Notes: generated by a model from the letters alone, not told the origin. Numbered from the stretch's first letter, positions 28,708 to 35,392 are shown. The stretch: 39,582 nt of DNA from a virus (IMGVR_UViG_3300022917_000006:1-39582); one strand, 5' to 3'. Numbers and translations: made by a program.

Positions 28708-28919
28708 GACTTCTCCTTAATCTTGTCGGCCTGTGATAACAGGTTTAAAACAGCCCCTTCAATATCCCGGTCGGTTGCATACAGGTCAATTGAAAAATCT
28801 CCGTCTAGGTTGGGGTAGCCCGCATACCAGCAATGACTGAGTTTGTCATACTGTAGGGTTAGTTCTCTTCCGCCACGAAGTTTCGGCAGCAGGTTGACTA
28901 TTTCTTTTAGGTCACTCAT
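28704..28919 (-). CDS. Hypothetical protein
   Basis: AAGGAG RBS. Confidence 0.65.
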   Translation of the reverse strand: MSDLKEIVNLLPKLRGGRELTLQYDKLSHCWYAGYPNLDGDFSIDLYATDRDIEGAVLNLLSQADKIKEKS

Positions 28920-28938
28920 ACCTTCTCCTTTGATTTAA

Positions 28939-29040
28939 TTATTTAGGGTCGCCTTCAGTCACATGTTCGTGACAATAATTGCACCATGTACCAGTGCAGG
29001 CTTCGCAAGTGTCTATATAAGCGTCGTGATTTTCATGCAT
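28939..29040 (-). CDS. Tiny Cys-rich protein (33 aa, not in ORF track)
   Basis: MHENHDAYIDTCEACTGTWCNYCHEH...; TAATG-coupled. Confidence 0.5.
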   Translation of the reverse strand: MHENHDAYIDTCEACTGTWCNYCHEHVTEGDPK

Positions 29041-29180
29041 TAGTTATCCCTCTTTGACTTAATTATTCGTCTATACTCTAATTCTTGATCTATCTGCTGT
29101 ACTGGAATGGCTGCTAGAATGAATAGGATAATAGTCCCAAGGATTATTACAGGAGATAGGGTGATGAGAAATTCTAGCAT
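29040..29180 (-). CDS. Small single-TM protein (46 aa, not in ORF track)
   Basis: MLEFLITLSPVIILGTIILFILAAIP...; GAGG RBS. Confidence 0.55.
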   Translation of the reverse strand: MLEFLITLSPVIILGTIILFILAAIPVQQIDQELEYRRIIKSKRDN

Positions 29181-29212
29181 TTGGTTACCTCTCTTATTTA
29201 GTTAGGTGGGGG

Positions 29213-29449
29213 CTACTTTGATTCGATAACCTCAATGATTTCTTGATAGATGTCTTCCATAATATCCTCGTCAAAGTCTATATCGACACCTCTTCGATCA
29301 TTTAGGTTTAAGATTATTTGTTCAGCTTTTTCCTGAGACACTAATGCTGCATCTACTGCTTTTTGATTATCTATAAATCGTTGTATAACGTACTCTTTTA
29401 GAGTATCTACTGTCCAGCCTGATTCTTTTTCTGATGTCTCACCTGACAT
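29213..29449 (-). CDS. Chimeric small protein (78 aa)
   Basis: Start MSGETSEK TAATG-coupled; N-half paralogous to 30267..30647, C-half paralogous to 25022..25150. Confidence 0.7.
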   Translation of the reverse strand: MSGETSEKESGWTVDTLKEYVIQRFIDNQKAVDAALVSQEKAEQIILNLNDRRGVDIDFDEDIMEDIYQEIIEVIESK

Positions 29450-29895
29450 TATTCTGTAATTCCTAAGGCCATCATCTTTAGTCTCTTTGCTATATCTTTT
29501 GGTGTTGAACCATCCCACTCATTAGCAAATTCTCTCTCAGGAACTTTAAAGACATCTCTATATCTTCCATTATAGTGATTAGATATTTGTCCTACAGGAG
29601 TTTCTGCAACTACAACAAAGAAGTTATCTTTCCCAAAGCAAGGTTCACCATCACTATGTTTAAAGCTTAGATGAACATCATATAGCCCTTGTTTAGCCCA
29701 TTCATTAAATATGAGAGCATTGTAAAGCATTCGATATTCATATAATTCATCAAACGTATGATAACCATCGCTCTTTAAATCCGTCAATGCTTCTTTTACG
29801 TCTAAAGCATCGTAGTCAAAAGGACGAGGATCTTGTTGACCAATCTCGTATTGTCTTTTTAATATTTTTATGTTTCTATTGCTCAATCTTGACAT
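29449..29895 (-). CDS. Conserved phage protein, WDGH-domain-like
   Basis: SDGYHTFDELY..R, S.KHSDG, GQISNHY, EWDGST motifs. Confidence 0.75.
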   Translation of the reverse strand: MSRLSNRNIKILKRQYEIGQQDPRPFDYDALDVKEALTDLKSDGYHTFDELYEYRMLYNALIFNEWAKQGLYDVHLSFKHSDGEPCFGKDNFFVVVAETPVGQISNHYNGRYRDVFKVPEREFANEWDGSTPKDIAKRLKMMALGITE

Positions 29896-30056
29896 TACTT
29901 CATTCTATCCTTAAGAGAGGTTCCATCCAGGCAATGATCACTAGTATCTCTGTTCGGGAGATAGAACCCGCTCACTACCTCAGCAATATTTCCCTTTTCC
30001 ACATTATCTAGCATGGTTATGCAGCAATAATGGCTTGTTGGGCTTTGTTTACTCAT
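29895..30056 (-). CDS. Hypothetical protein (53 aa, not in ORF track)
   Basis: GGAGG RBS; TAATG-coupled to the next gene. Confidence 0.5.
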   Translation of the reverse strand: MSKQSPTSHYCCITMLDNVEKGNIAEVVSGFYLPNRDTSDHCLDGTSLKDRMK

Positions 30057-30252
30057 TAGTAGATACCTCCTTCTTGTAGTGGATTTCAGTTATATTACCT
30101 GAGAACATCACATCCATCCCCAGAAAGGGACGTTTTATCTCTCTGACTTCGGTAACTTCATAGCCTTCGTCTTCTAGCTCTTCGACTGCGTTATCGACTC
30201 GACGATCGTGCCAAGATGTGAATACATCATCGGATATTCTTTTAATGCCCAT
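30049..30252 (-). CDS. Hypothetical protein
   Basis: AAGGA RBS. Confidence 0.65.
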   Translation of the reverse strand: MGIKRISDDVFTSWHDRRVDNAVEELEDEGYEVTEVREIKRPFLGMDVMFSGNITEIHYKKEVSTNE

Positions 30253-30266
30253 TTCGTTCGTTCCTT

Positions 30267-30647
30267 TTAAATTACGTTATTTGCTATCAATACAATGATT
30301 GCGAGGATACCACCTACAGCTGCAATAGCTGCATAGATCTTTCCCATAGTGAGGGATGAACCTTGTGTCTTGCCCTCACCCGTATTGAGTCTGTCTTTAA
30401 GATCAGCTACAACCTTTTCTAAGCCCTCCAGCTGCTCCTTAGTGGCAACTCCACCTCGTAGCTCATTTAGCAGCTCAAAGCGTTTCTCAGCGGCATTCTC
30501 TGCCTTTACGATAGCTTTCTCTTGAGATACCAGTGCAGCATCAATTGCTCGTTGGTCAGAGACACGGAGCTCTTTGAGATGATCTTGTCGCTCATCCATT
30601 AATACCTTGAGTATCTCTACGTTCCAAGAGCTAGACTCATGCTTCAT
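30267..30647 (-). CDS. Coiled-coil protein with C-terminal TM
   Basis: AIDAALVSQEKAIVKAENAAEKRFE; hydrophobic C-terminus; start MKHESS ATGA-coupled. Confidence 0.7.
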   Translation of the reverse strand: MKHESSSWNVEILKVLMDERQDHLKELRVSDQRAIDAALVSQEKAIVKAENAAEKRFELLNELRGGVATKEQLEGLEKVVADLKDRLNTGEGKTQGSSLTMGKIYAAIAAVGGILAIIVLIANNVI

Positions 30648-30874
30648 GCTAAGCTGTCCTGCCACTGCTTTAGTACCTGCTTGGTATTTACCATTACACC
30701 ATCCTTACCTATACTGCGTCGGTGAATCTCAGCTTCCAGTTCCTCTAAGGTGTACTTAGAAAGCTCCCACCTACGCTCCTCATACTCACGCTCGCCTGGA
30801 TAATAAAACGGCTCACTCGTTGACTCAGGGGTAAGCTCAAAGTCATCCCCTAGTAATGTCGATACCCTACTCAT
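30644..30874 (-). CDS. Hypothetical protein (LSKYTLEELEAEI.RR motif)
   Basis: Coupled ORF. Confidence 0.65.
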   Translation of the reverse strand: MSRVSTLLGDDFELTPESTSEPFYYPGEREYEERRWELSKYTLEELEAEIHRRSIGKDGVMVNTKQVLKQWQDSLA

Positions 30875-30881
30875 ACACCCT

Positions 30882-31190
30882 CTATTCTACTGGTAATCCC
30901 AGTGCCTTACTTAAAAACTCTTTATGTGTGATTGTCTCATGTGACGTACCAATATCTGCATAGGTCATAATAGCCTGCTTGAATGCACCCTGGTCAAAGC
31001 CCTTGTACTCCTCCAAATAATCAATAAGTGTATCAACAACGGTCCAAAGCGCCATCTCCCGTTGACGGCGCTGCAAATGGTCTCTTGTAAGCCGTATCTG
31101 CCCAAGCGCATCACCAATTCCATAAGCAATCTGCTGCGAGTCTATCTTACGACCCTTTGGGCCTCCAATGGTCTTCGGCTTACTAATCAT
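30882..31190 (-). CDS. Hypothetical protein
   Basis: Likely start MISKPK with GGAGG RBS, ATGA-coupled. Confidence 0.65.
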   Translation of the reverse strand: MISKPKTIGGPKGRKIDSQQIAYGIGDALGQIRLTRDHLQRRQREMALWTVVDTLIDYLEEYKGFDQGAFKQAIMTYADIGTSHETITHKEFLSKALGLPVE

Positions 31191-31480
31191 CGTACCCTCC
31201 TGTCTTCTACGACACATTCGTTATTAGGTGCATCTACTCTAGGACATACATACTCAGTCTGACTCTTATCCTGAGCCATGTAGCAGGCTGTAAAGGCTGG
31301 TCTAGAGTTCATATCCCGTGCCCAGCTACATAAGCTATGCACTGTCTCGTTAACCCGCTTAGTACTCTCCTGAGGTGCTGAGATAAGCACATAGTATGTG
31401 TAGAAGTGCACCAGTGTTGTAGCAACAATGATTGCCCCTGCATATATTGCTGCATATCCCACAGCTTTTGGAACAGTCAT
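31187..31480 (-). CDS. Membrane-anchored Cys-containing protein
   Basis: Start MTVPKA; N-terminal TM, four Cys in the soluble domain. Confidence 0.6.
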   Translation of the reverse strand: MTVPKAVGYAAIYAGAIIVATTLVHFYTYYVLISAPQESTKRVNETVHSLCSWARDMNSRPAFTACYMAQDKSQTEYVCPRVDAPNNECVVEDRRVR

Positions 31481-31481
31481 C

Positions 31482-31619
31482 CTAAACTGCCACAAGTAAC
31501 GCCAGTAGGTAGAACATCACCACACCAACTGTTACCACAATTACTCGACCCACCACCGCAAGAAGGTCACCCTGTCTCCTTATCTCTGCTACTGTGTTCA
31601 CCCTTCGTTTTGTATACAT
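31482..31619 (-). CDS. First early ORF, small single-TM protein (45 aa, not in ORF track)
   Basis: MYTKRRVNTVAEIRRQGDLLAVVGRVIVVTVGVVMFYLLALLVAV; AAGGAG RBS. Confidence 0.65.
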   Translation of the reverse strand: MYTKRRVNTVAEIRRQGDLLAVVGRVIVVTVGVVMFYLLALLVAV

Positions 31620-31642
31620 ATCCACTCCTTATTCTTGTTATA

Positions 31643-32513
31643 TTATCAAGTGTAGTACTAGGCTTCTGATGTCTCTCAACTACCACAAGCCTACTACTAC
31701 ACCGATAAAGCATCACACAATAATATGGGTAGCTAGTAGTAAACCTGGCTTTTTTACTTACTTAGCTCGAAAGCCGTGCAAAGCCGCAGATCACTCTTTT
31801 GGCCGCCCTTCTACTACTAGCTTTTATCTACACAAGCATCACCTGAGGTCTAGCGCAAAGGCGATGTGCTCTTGTGTAGACAGTTGAATATACGAGGCGG
31901 CTTTCAGTACGATTCTCAGTACCCAGCAAAGTCACTTATGTCCCCCTGTTTTTGGACTCCTTATATATTCAACTGTTGGAGTATGTAGGCATGGTGCTGG
32001 AAGCAAGGTGATCAAGATTTTACCGTGTACATTGGAAGCTTCCCCAACCAAGGGGCGATCACGCCCGGTAGCTCTTACTGCCAGCTTCACACCTACATAC
32101 TCAGACGACACAAGTTCTTCAGTTCAAACCTAGATACCGCAAGGTATCACTTGTGCCGCCATATTATTGTGTGATTGTTATAGAGCATGAGAGAGCGCTG
32201 GTGATTAGCGGACTCTCACCGTGCACTCAATTTATTGATTATCTATCCGTCGTAAAGGCACGATCCAGACAACCAGTGCCGCATTGCACGCTCACTGCTG
32301 CTCTATAACTGTTATAAGACATGGTCTGGTGGTAAAGCAGGGATTTGCACCCTGCATGAAGATAATTATTCCAATGGATTGAACCCAATCAAGCCGTACC
32401 TCTTACTAACTCGAAAGTCGTGATTGTCGGCACACAGTGAGGCCGTGTTACCCTCTTACCTATCTAGCGTCTACCTATTCCGCCATTTACCATTAGCACC
32501 ACTGCCTTATAAC
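31643..32513 (-). ncRNA. Array of stem-enclosed structured RNA modules (large ncRNA/leader)
   Basis: Eight abutting modules closed by long inverted repeats plus a 17-bp outer helix; no credible ORF; several A-C oppositions on + become G-U on -. Confidence 0.75.
32327..32492 (-). ncRNA. tRNA-like element with 94-nt insert in the anticodon arm
   Basis: GGUAAA/UUUACC acceptor plus ACCA, D-arm GCG-GAAUAGGUAGA-CGC, AGAUAG/UUAUCU stem, T-arm GCAGGG-UGCAAAU-CCCUGC. Confidence 0.75.
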
Positions 32514-32678
32514 GTCGCTAAATTGTTAATGTGCTTTGTTTCAAACTATCAACGACTGTATTTACGCCAACCAGTGGCTTCAAAGCTCACCAGCTCGCTT
32601 GAATCCTATTCTACTTAGTTAGGTTGCTTGAACTTGCAGAGCTTTCGTCGTGCAGTGGTTGCTCATCTAACTGTTGTT

Positions 32679-32708
32679 AGTATAGTCTATTAAGCCTGTG
32701 CTTGTCAA
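32679..32708 (-). promoter_or_regulatory. Leftward early promoter
   Basis: TTGACA-N18-TATACT on minus strand. Confidence 0.7.
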
Positions 32709-32748
32709 TATAAACTTGACAGTATATAATATACATACAGTATACACC

Positions 32749-32768
32749 TGCGAATAACTTGTGGATAA
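32749..32768. promoter_or_regulatory. Tandem DnaA boxes
   Basis: TGCGAATAA (imperfect) + CT + TGTGGATAA (perfect) in the divergent intergenic region. Confidence 0.5.
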
Positions 32769-32774
32769 ATACAG

Positions 32775-32803
32775 TAGACAACAGGGCTAGTATGGCCTAT
32801 AAT
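32775..32803 (+). promoter_or_regulatory. Rightward promoter upstream of terS
   Basis: TAGACA-N17-TATAAT; a second TG-G-TATTAT at 32813-32821 would give a leaderless mRNA. Confidence 0.6.
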
Positions 32804-32827
32804 AGAGATAAGTGGTATTATTCAGAT

Positions 32828-33310
32828 ATGAGTGATACACGTCTTAATCAAGGTAGTAGTTCCGGTAATCCCGCATTCTCCGCCGGAGTGAAGGAAGTTC
32901 CCAAGCTTACAAGGAAGCAAAGAGCATTCGTAGAGTATATACTAGCTCATCCTGAAGAGAGTAACACTAAAGCAGCATTAGCAGCCTACCCAAACGTTAC
33001 CTATGGTACAGCTAGACAGATAGCAGTTGACAATATGACAAAGCCTAGCATAGTAATGGCTTTAGGTGAAGCTAATGACATCGTAGAATCAACGCTTACC
33101 TCTGTTATAAAGGACTGGGGCGCATCTCAAGACGTCCAAGAACGCTCTCTAGCAATCAATACAGCACGATATGTACACGATAAAATCCACGGCAAAGCAA
33201 CCCAGAGAACAGAGGTCACAAGCAACGTTGTAAGCATATCTCTAGATCTCACATCAGGTTCAGCAGGAGACGTTCCACAAGACGTTCTAAGGGCCTTAGA
33301 GGCGTCTTAA
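32828..33310 (+). CDS. terS: Terminase small subunit
   Basis: KLTRKQRAFVEYI......TKAALAAY.....TARQIAVDNMTKPSI HTH signature; D.IHGKATQR.E. Confidence 0.85.
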   Translation: MSDTRLNQGSSSGNPAFSAGVKEVPKLTRKQRAFVEYILAHPEESNTKAALAAYPNVTYGTARQIAVDNMTKPSIVMALGEANDIVESTLTSVIKDWGASQDVQERSLAINTARYVHDKIHGKATQRTEVTSNVVSISLDLTSGSAGDVPQDVLRALEAS

Positions 33311-33620
33311 GCAACAAAGATGGGTATATACTCATCTCAACAAGAAAAGTCTAACGTCGCAAAATATACATTTTAAGACCCATCACTAACAGGGGTAGGC
33401 TACCTCTTACTTACCCTTTAAATGGAACATCATACACATGCGATACATACAATAACAGGGGTATACCCCCCACCTCTTGGTGGCTTGCAGGTTCCATGGT
33501 TGATTGTATAGTATAGTGATAACGGTAATGACGGACCCATTTGATTCATATATATACACCCGTTCTAGGCGTACATAGACCCGGTGTATACCTGTATATG
33601 TACGTTATTTATAATACGTA

Positions 33621-33668
33621 ATGTATCTATTGATGTACGTATTAATGTACGCTATAATGTACATATGA
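33621..33668 (+). promoter_or_regulatory. Promoter overlapped by four 12-bp-phased ATGTA(C/T) operator repeats
   Basis: TTGATG(33630)-N17-TATAAT(33653); repeats at 33621, 33633, 33645, 33657. Confidence 0.75.
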
Positions 33669-34084
33669 GTAAAGACTATGTAACAATCAGTGAGTTTAGG
33701 AAGAACACTAAAGTCATCTTAGATGGGGCTAAGGGGGACGCTATAACACTTCGTAGAGGTGATGATCTTTTTGAAATGAAGTACGTTGGCAATATCGTAA
33801 CTGACCTTTTCGACAAGATTAAACAAGCTAACAAGAAGACAAAGCCCGTCGAGGAGGAAGCGTATAAACATCGCTATAACGTAACACCAGCAGAGAATAC
33901 GGTAACGGTGAACCTAATTCCTAAGCGAACCAAGCACACTATCTTAGATGAGATAAACGCCTTAGAGGCTCGGCAAAAAGAAGAGCTGGAGTTTTGTCAG
34001 GATGCTGGGGCTGCAAAGGATGTGTCTCATAGGTATAAACAGGAGATTGGTGGCCTCTGGACTGAATACCGAGAAGCAGCATGA
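33665..34084 (+). CDS. Phd/YefM-like DNA-binding domain protein (orphan antitoxin-like), probably leaderless
   Basis: MSKDYVTISEFRKNTKVILD.....ITLRR; ATG 7 nt after the -10. Confidence 0.65.
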   Translation: MSKDYVTISEFRKNTKVILDGAKGDAITLRRGDDLFEMKYVGNIVTDLFDKIKQANKKTKPVEEEAYKHRYNVTPAENTVTVNLIPKRTKHTILDEINALEARQKEELEFCQDAGAAKDVSHRYKQEIGGLWTEYREAA

Positions 34085-34109
34085 TATACTAATAGTGTGG
34101 TACCCCAAC

Positions 34110-34148
34110 AAAAGAATACCCCGGATTTTACCCCGGGGCTCTTTTATT
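34110..34148. terminator. Bidirectional terminator
   Basis: CCCCGG/CCGGGG stem flanked by AAAAGA and TCTTTT between converging genes. Confidence 0.7.
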
Positions 34149-34161
34149 TAGTGGGAGGGTG

Positions 34162-34407
34162 TTACTCCTCGGTTGAAGGTGCTTCCACTTTTACCAGGTC
34201 CCATTCCTCCATGAGGTCGATGAAGTCGTTGTAGCGCTTCTCCTCATGCTCGGGGATTGGTCGGTAAAGGAAGCCTTGCACGGCCCGAACACGTATCCAG
34301 GAGCCTGGTACGCTGCGCTGGGCTATCTCCAGAAAGTAGGAGGTGCCTGGGCGGTAGGCATGGGTTCCATACTCCCCTTTATACGTCGCATATATGTAGC
34401 GTCTCAT
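34162..34407 (-). CDS. Hypothetical protein
   Basis: ATGA-coupled to 34404..34742. Confidence 0.65.
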   Translation of the reverse strand: MRRYIYATYKGEYGTHAYRPGTSYFLEIAQRSVPGSWIRVRAVQGFLYRPIPEHEEKRYNDFIDLMEEWDLVKVEAPSTEE

Positions 34408-34742
34408 ACGCAGCCTTTCGTGTAGGGTTCGATGAAGGCGCTTGCTTCTTCCTTAGTGGCGGTATCGAGCTTCTCCAGGGCGGCGAGGCTGTCCTTGGTA
34501 AGCCATGAGGATAGGTTGTTTGCAACGCAACCACAGTAGCTGTCCTCTCCACCGGCTTTCTTGCAGTCGGTAGTGAACTGGGCATATACCTGCTCACGTT
34601 GGCCTTTAGAGACGCTGTCAGGAGCGCTCTGCTGCTTTGGGGATGCCTGCATGGCAATGCTTACCAGGATGAGGACGATGACCCCCAGGATGCCCCAGGT
34701 AAGTAGCTTAATGGGCTTAGATTTAGTTTGGTTGTTATCCAT
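34404..34742 (-). CDS. Membrane-anchored exported Cys protein (possible superinfection-exclusion moron)
   Basis: N-terminal TM; C....G...YCGC...C motif; GGAG RBS; own promoter. Confidence 0.65.
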   Translation of the reverse strand: MDNNQTKSKPIKLLTWGILGVIVLILVSIAMQASPKQQSAPDSVSKGQREQVYAQFTTDCKKAGGEDSYCGCVANNLSSWLTKDSLAALEKLDTATKEEASAFIEPYTKGCV

Positions 34743-34807
34743 TATTGGACTCCACTTCTCCGCTTACGAGGCAGGATTATGATTGGTTGTTACCGGTAAC
34801 TCTCCGC

Positions 34808-34835
34808 ATTATAAGCATAATTGCTGTAATGTCAA
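34808..34835 (-). promoter_or_regulatory. Promoter of the two-gene leftward moron
   Basis: TTGACA-N16-TATAAT on minus strand. Confidence 0.7.
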
Positions 34836-35147
34836 GTATTTTTTGACATGTAGTGGGGTATAAGGGTCCTCTATCCCCTGCTAAAGGGGTAGCCGGTATT
34901 CCTCTTTTACAGCTTAGTCTTACGTATAGGCCCCATGCTTGCCGGCTCGACTTCCTGTTCAGCACTTGGCTTCAAGGTCTCACGTTGCCCGGCATTAGTA
35001 TCACCACTCGTTATACGCTCGATACTTTCACTATCAAGAACTCGGCAGGTCCCCGTCGACAGGACAGTCGGAGCGGGAATTCTAGGAATCCTCGATAGCA
35101 CCCTACAGTTTTATAAAGAACTGCGAACTTTTTTGTTGTAAAAGTAT

Positions 35148-35225
35148 TTGCATACAAACTTTTGGTGTGCTATAATAAAGACATCAAAAGAGGCTTGCCA
35201 GGGGTAACACCCTGGTTTTTCTTTT
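35148..35225 (+). ncRNA. Promoter-terminator mini-unit (candidate ~45-nt sRNA)
   Basis: TTGCAT-N17-TATAAT with TG extension, then CCAGGG/CCCTGG stem and T tract; no ORF. Confidence 0.5.
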
Positions 35226-35297
35226 ACCTGTATACCCCCTACTCGCTTTCAAAAGAGGCTTTCGGTTACACTTATAGTAGCACGGTAGACTGGTTCA

Positions 35298-35390
35298 TGC
35301 TATACTAAATTTGTTATTACCTGAGGGACTCCACTCCATTTCTGGAAATAACAGATGAGACAGCTTGGCCCCACCCCCAGGCTGTTTTTT
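35298..35390 (+). ncRNA. Promoter-terminator mini-unit (candidate ~80-nt sRNA)
   Basis: TGCTATACT, hairpin ATTTGTTATT/AATAACAGAT, terminator ACAGCTTGG/CCAGGCTGT plus T tract. Confidence 0.45.
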
Positions 35391-35392
35391 AT

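Noticed and set aside
31893-31963. Hammerhead ribozyme in module M4 (CUGAGA...GAAA)
   Set aside because: The core does not match CUGANGA and I could not build the three-stem geometry
32327-32492. Canonical tRNA-Leu, tmRNA or group I intron-containing tRNA
   Set aside because: No U33, non-canonical T-loop, no long variable arm, no G3-U70 alanine identity, and the insert is too short for a group I intron
31643-32513. CRISPR or mini-CRISPR array
   Set aside because: No direct repeats of constant sequence; closing stems all differ and module lengths vary widely
31594-32618. ORFs 31594..31887 and 32424..32618 on the + strand
   Set aside because: No RBS, non-ATG starts, antisense to the operon and lying over the structured RNA array
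32759-32827. N-terminal extension of terS
   Set aside because: It overlaps the DnaA box and promoter elements; ATG 32828 is more plausible
33584-33664. N-terminal extension of ORF 33584..34084
   Set aside because: This stretch is the promoter/operator repeat array; ATG 33665 fits the Phd-like domain start
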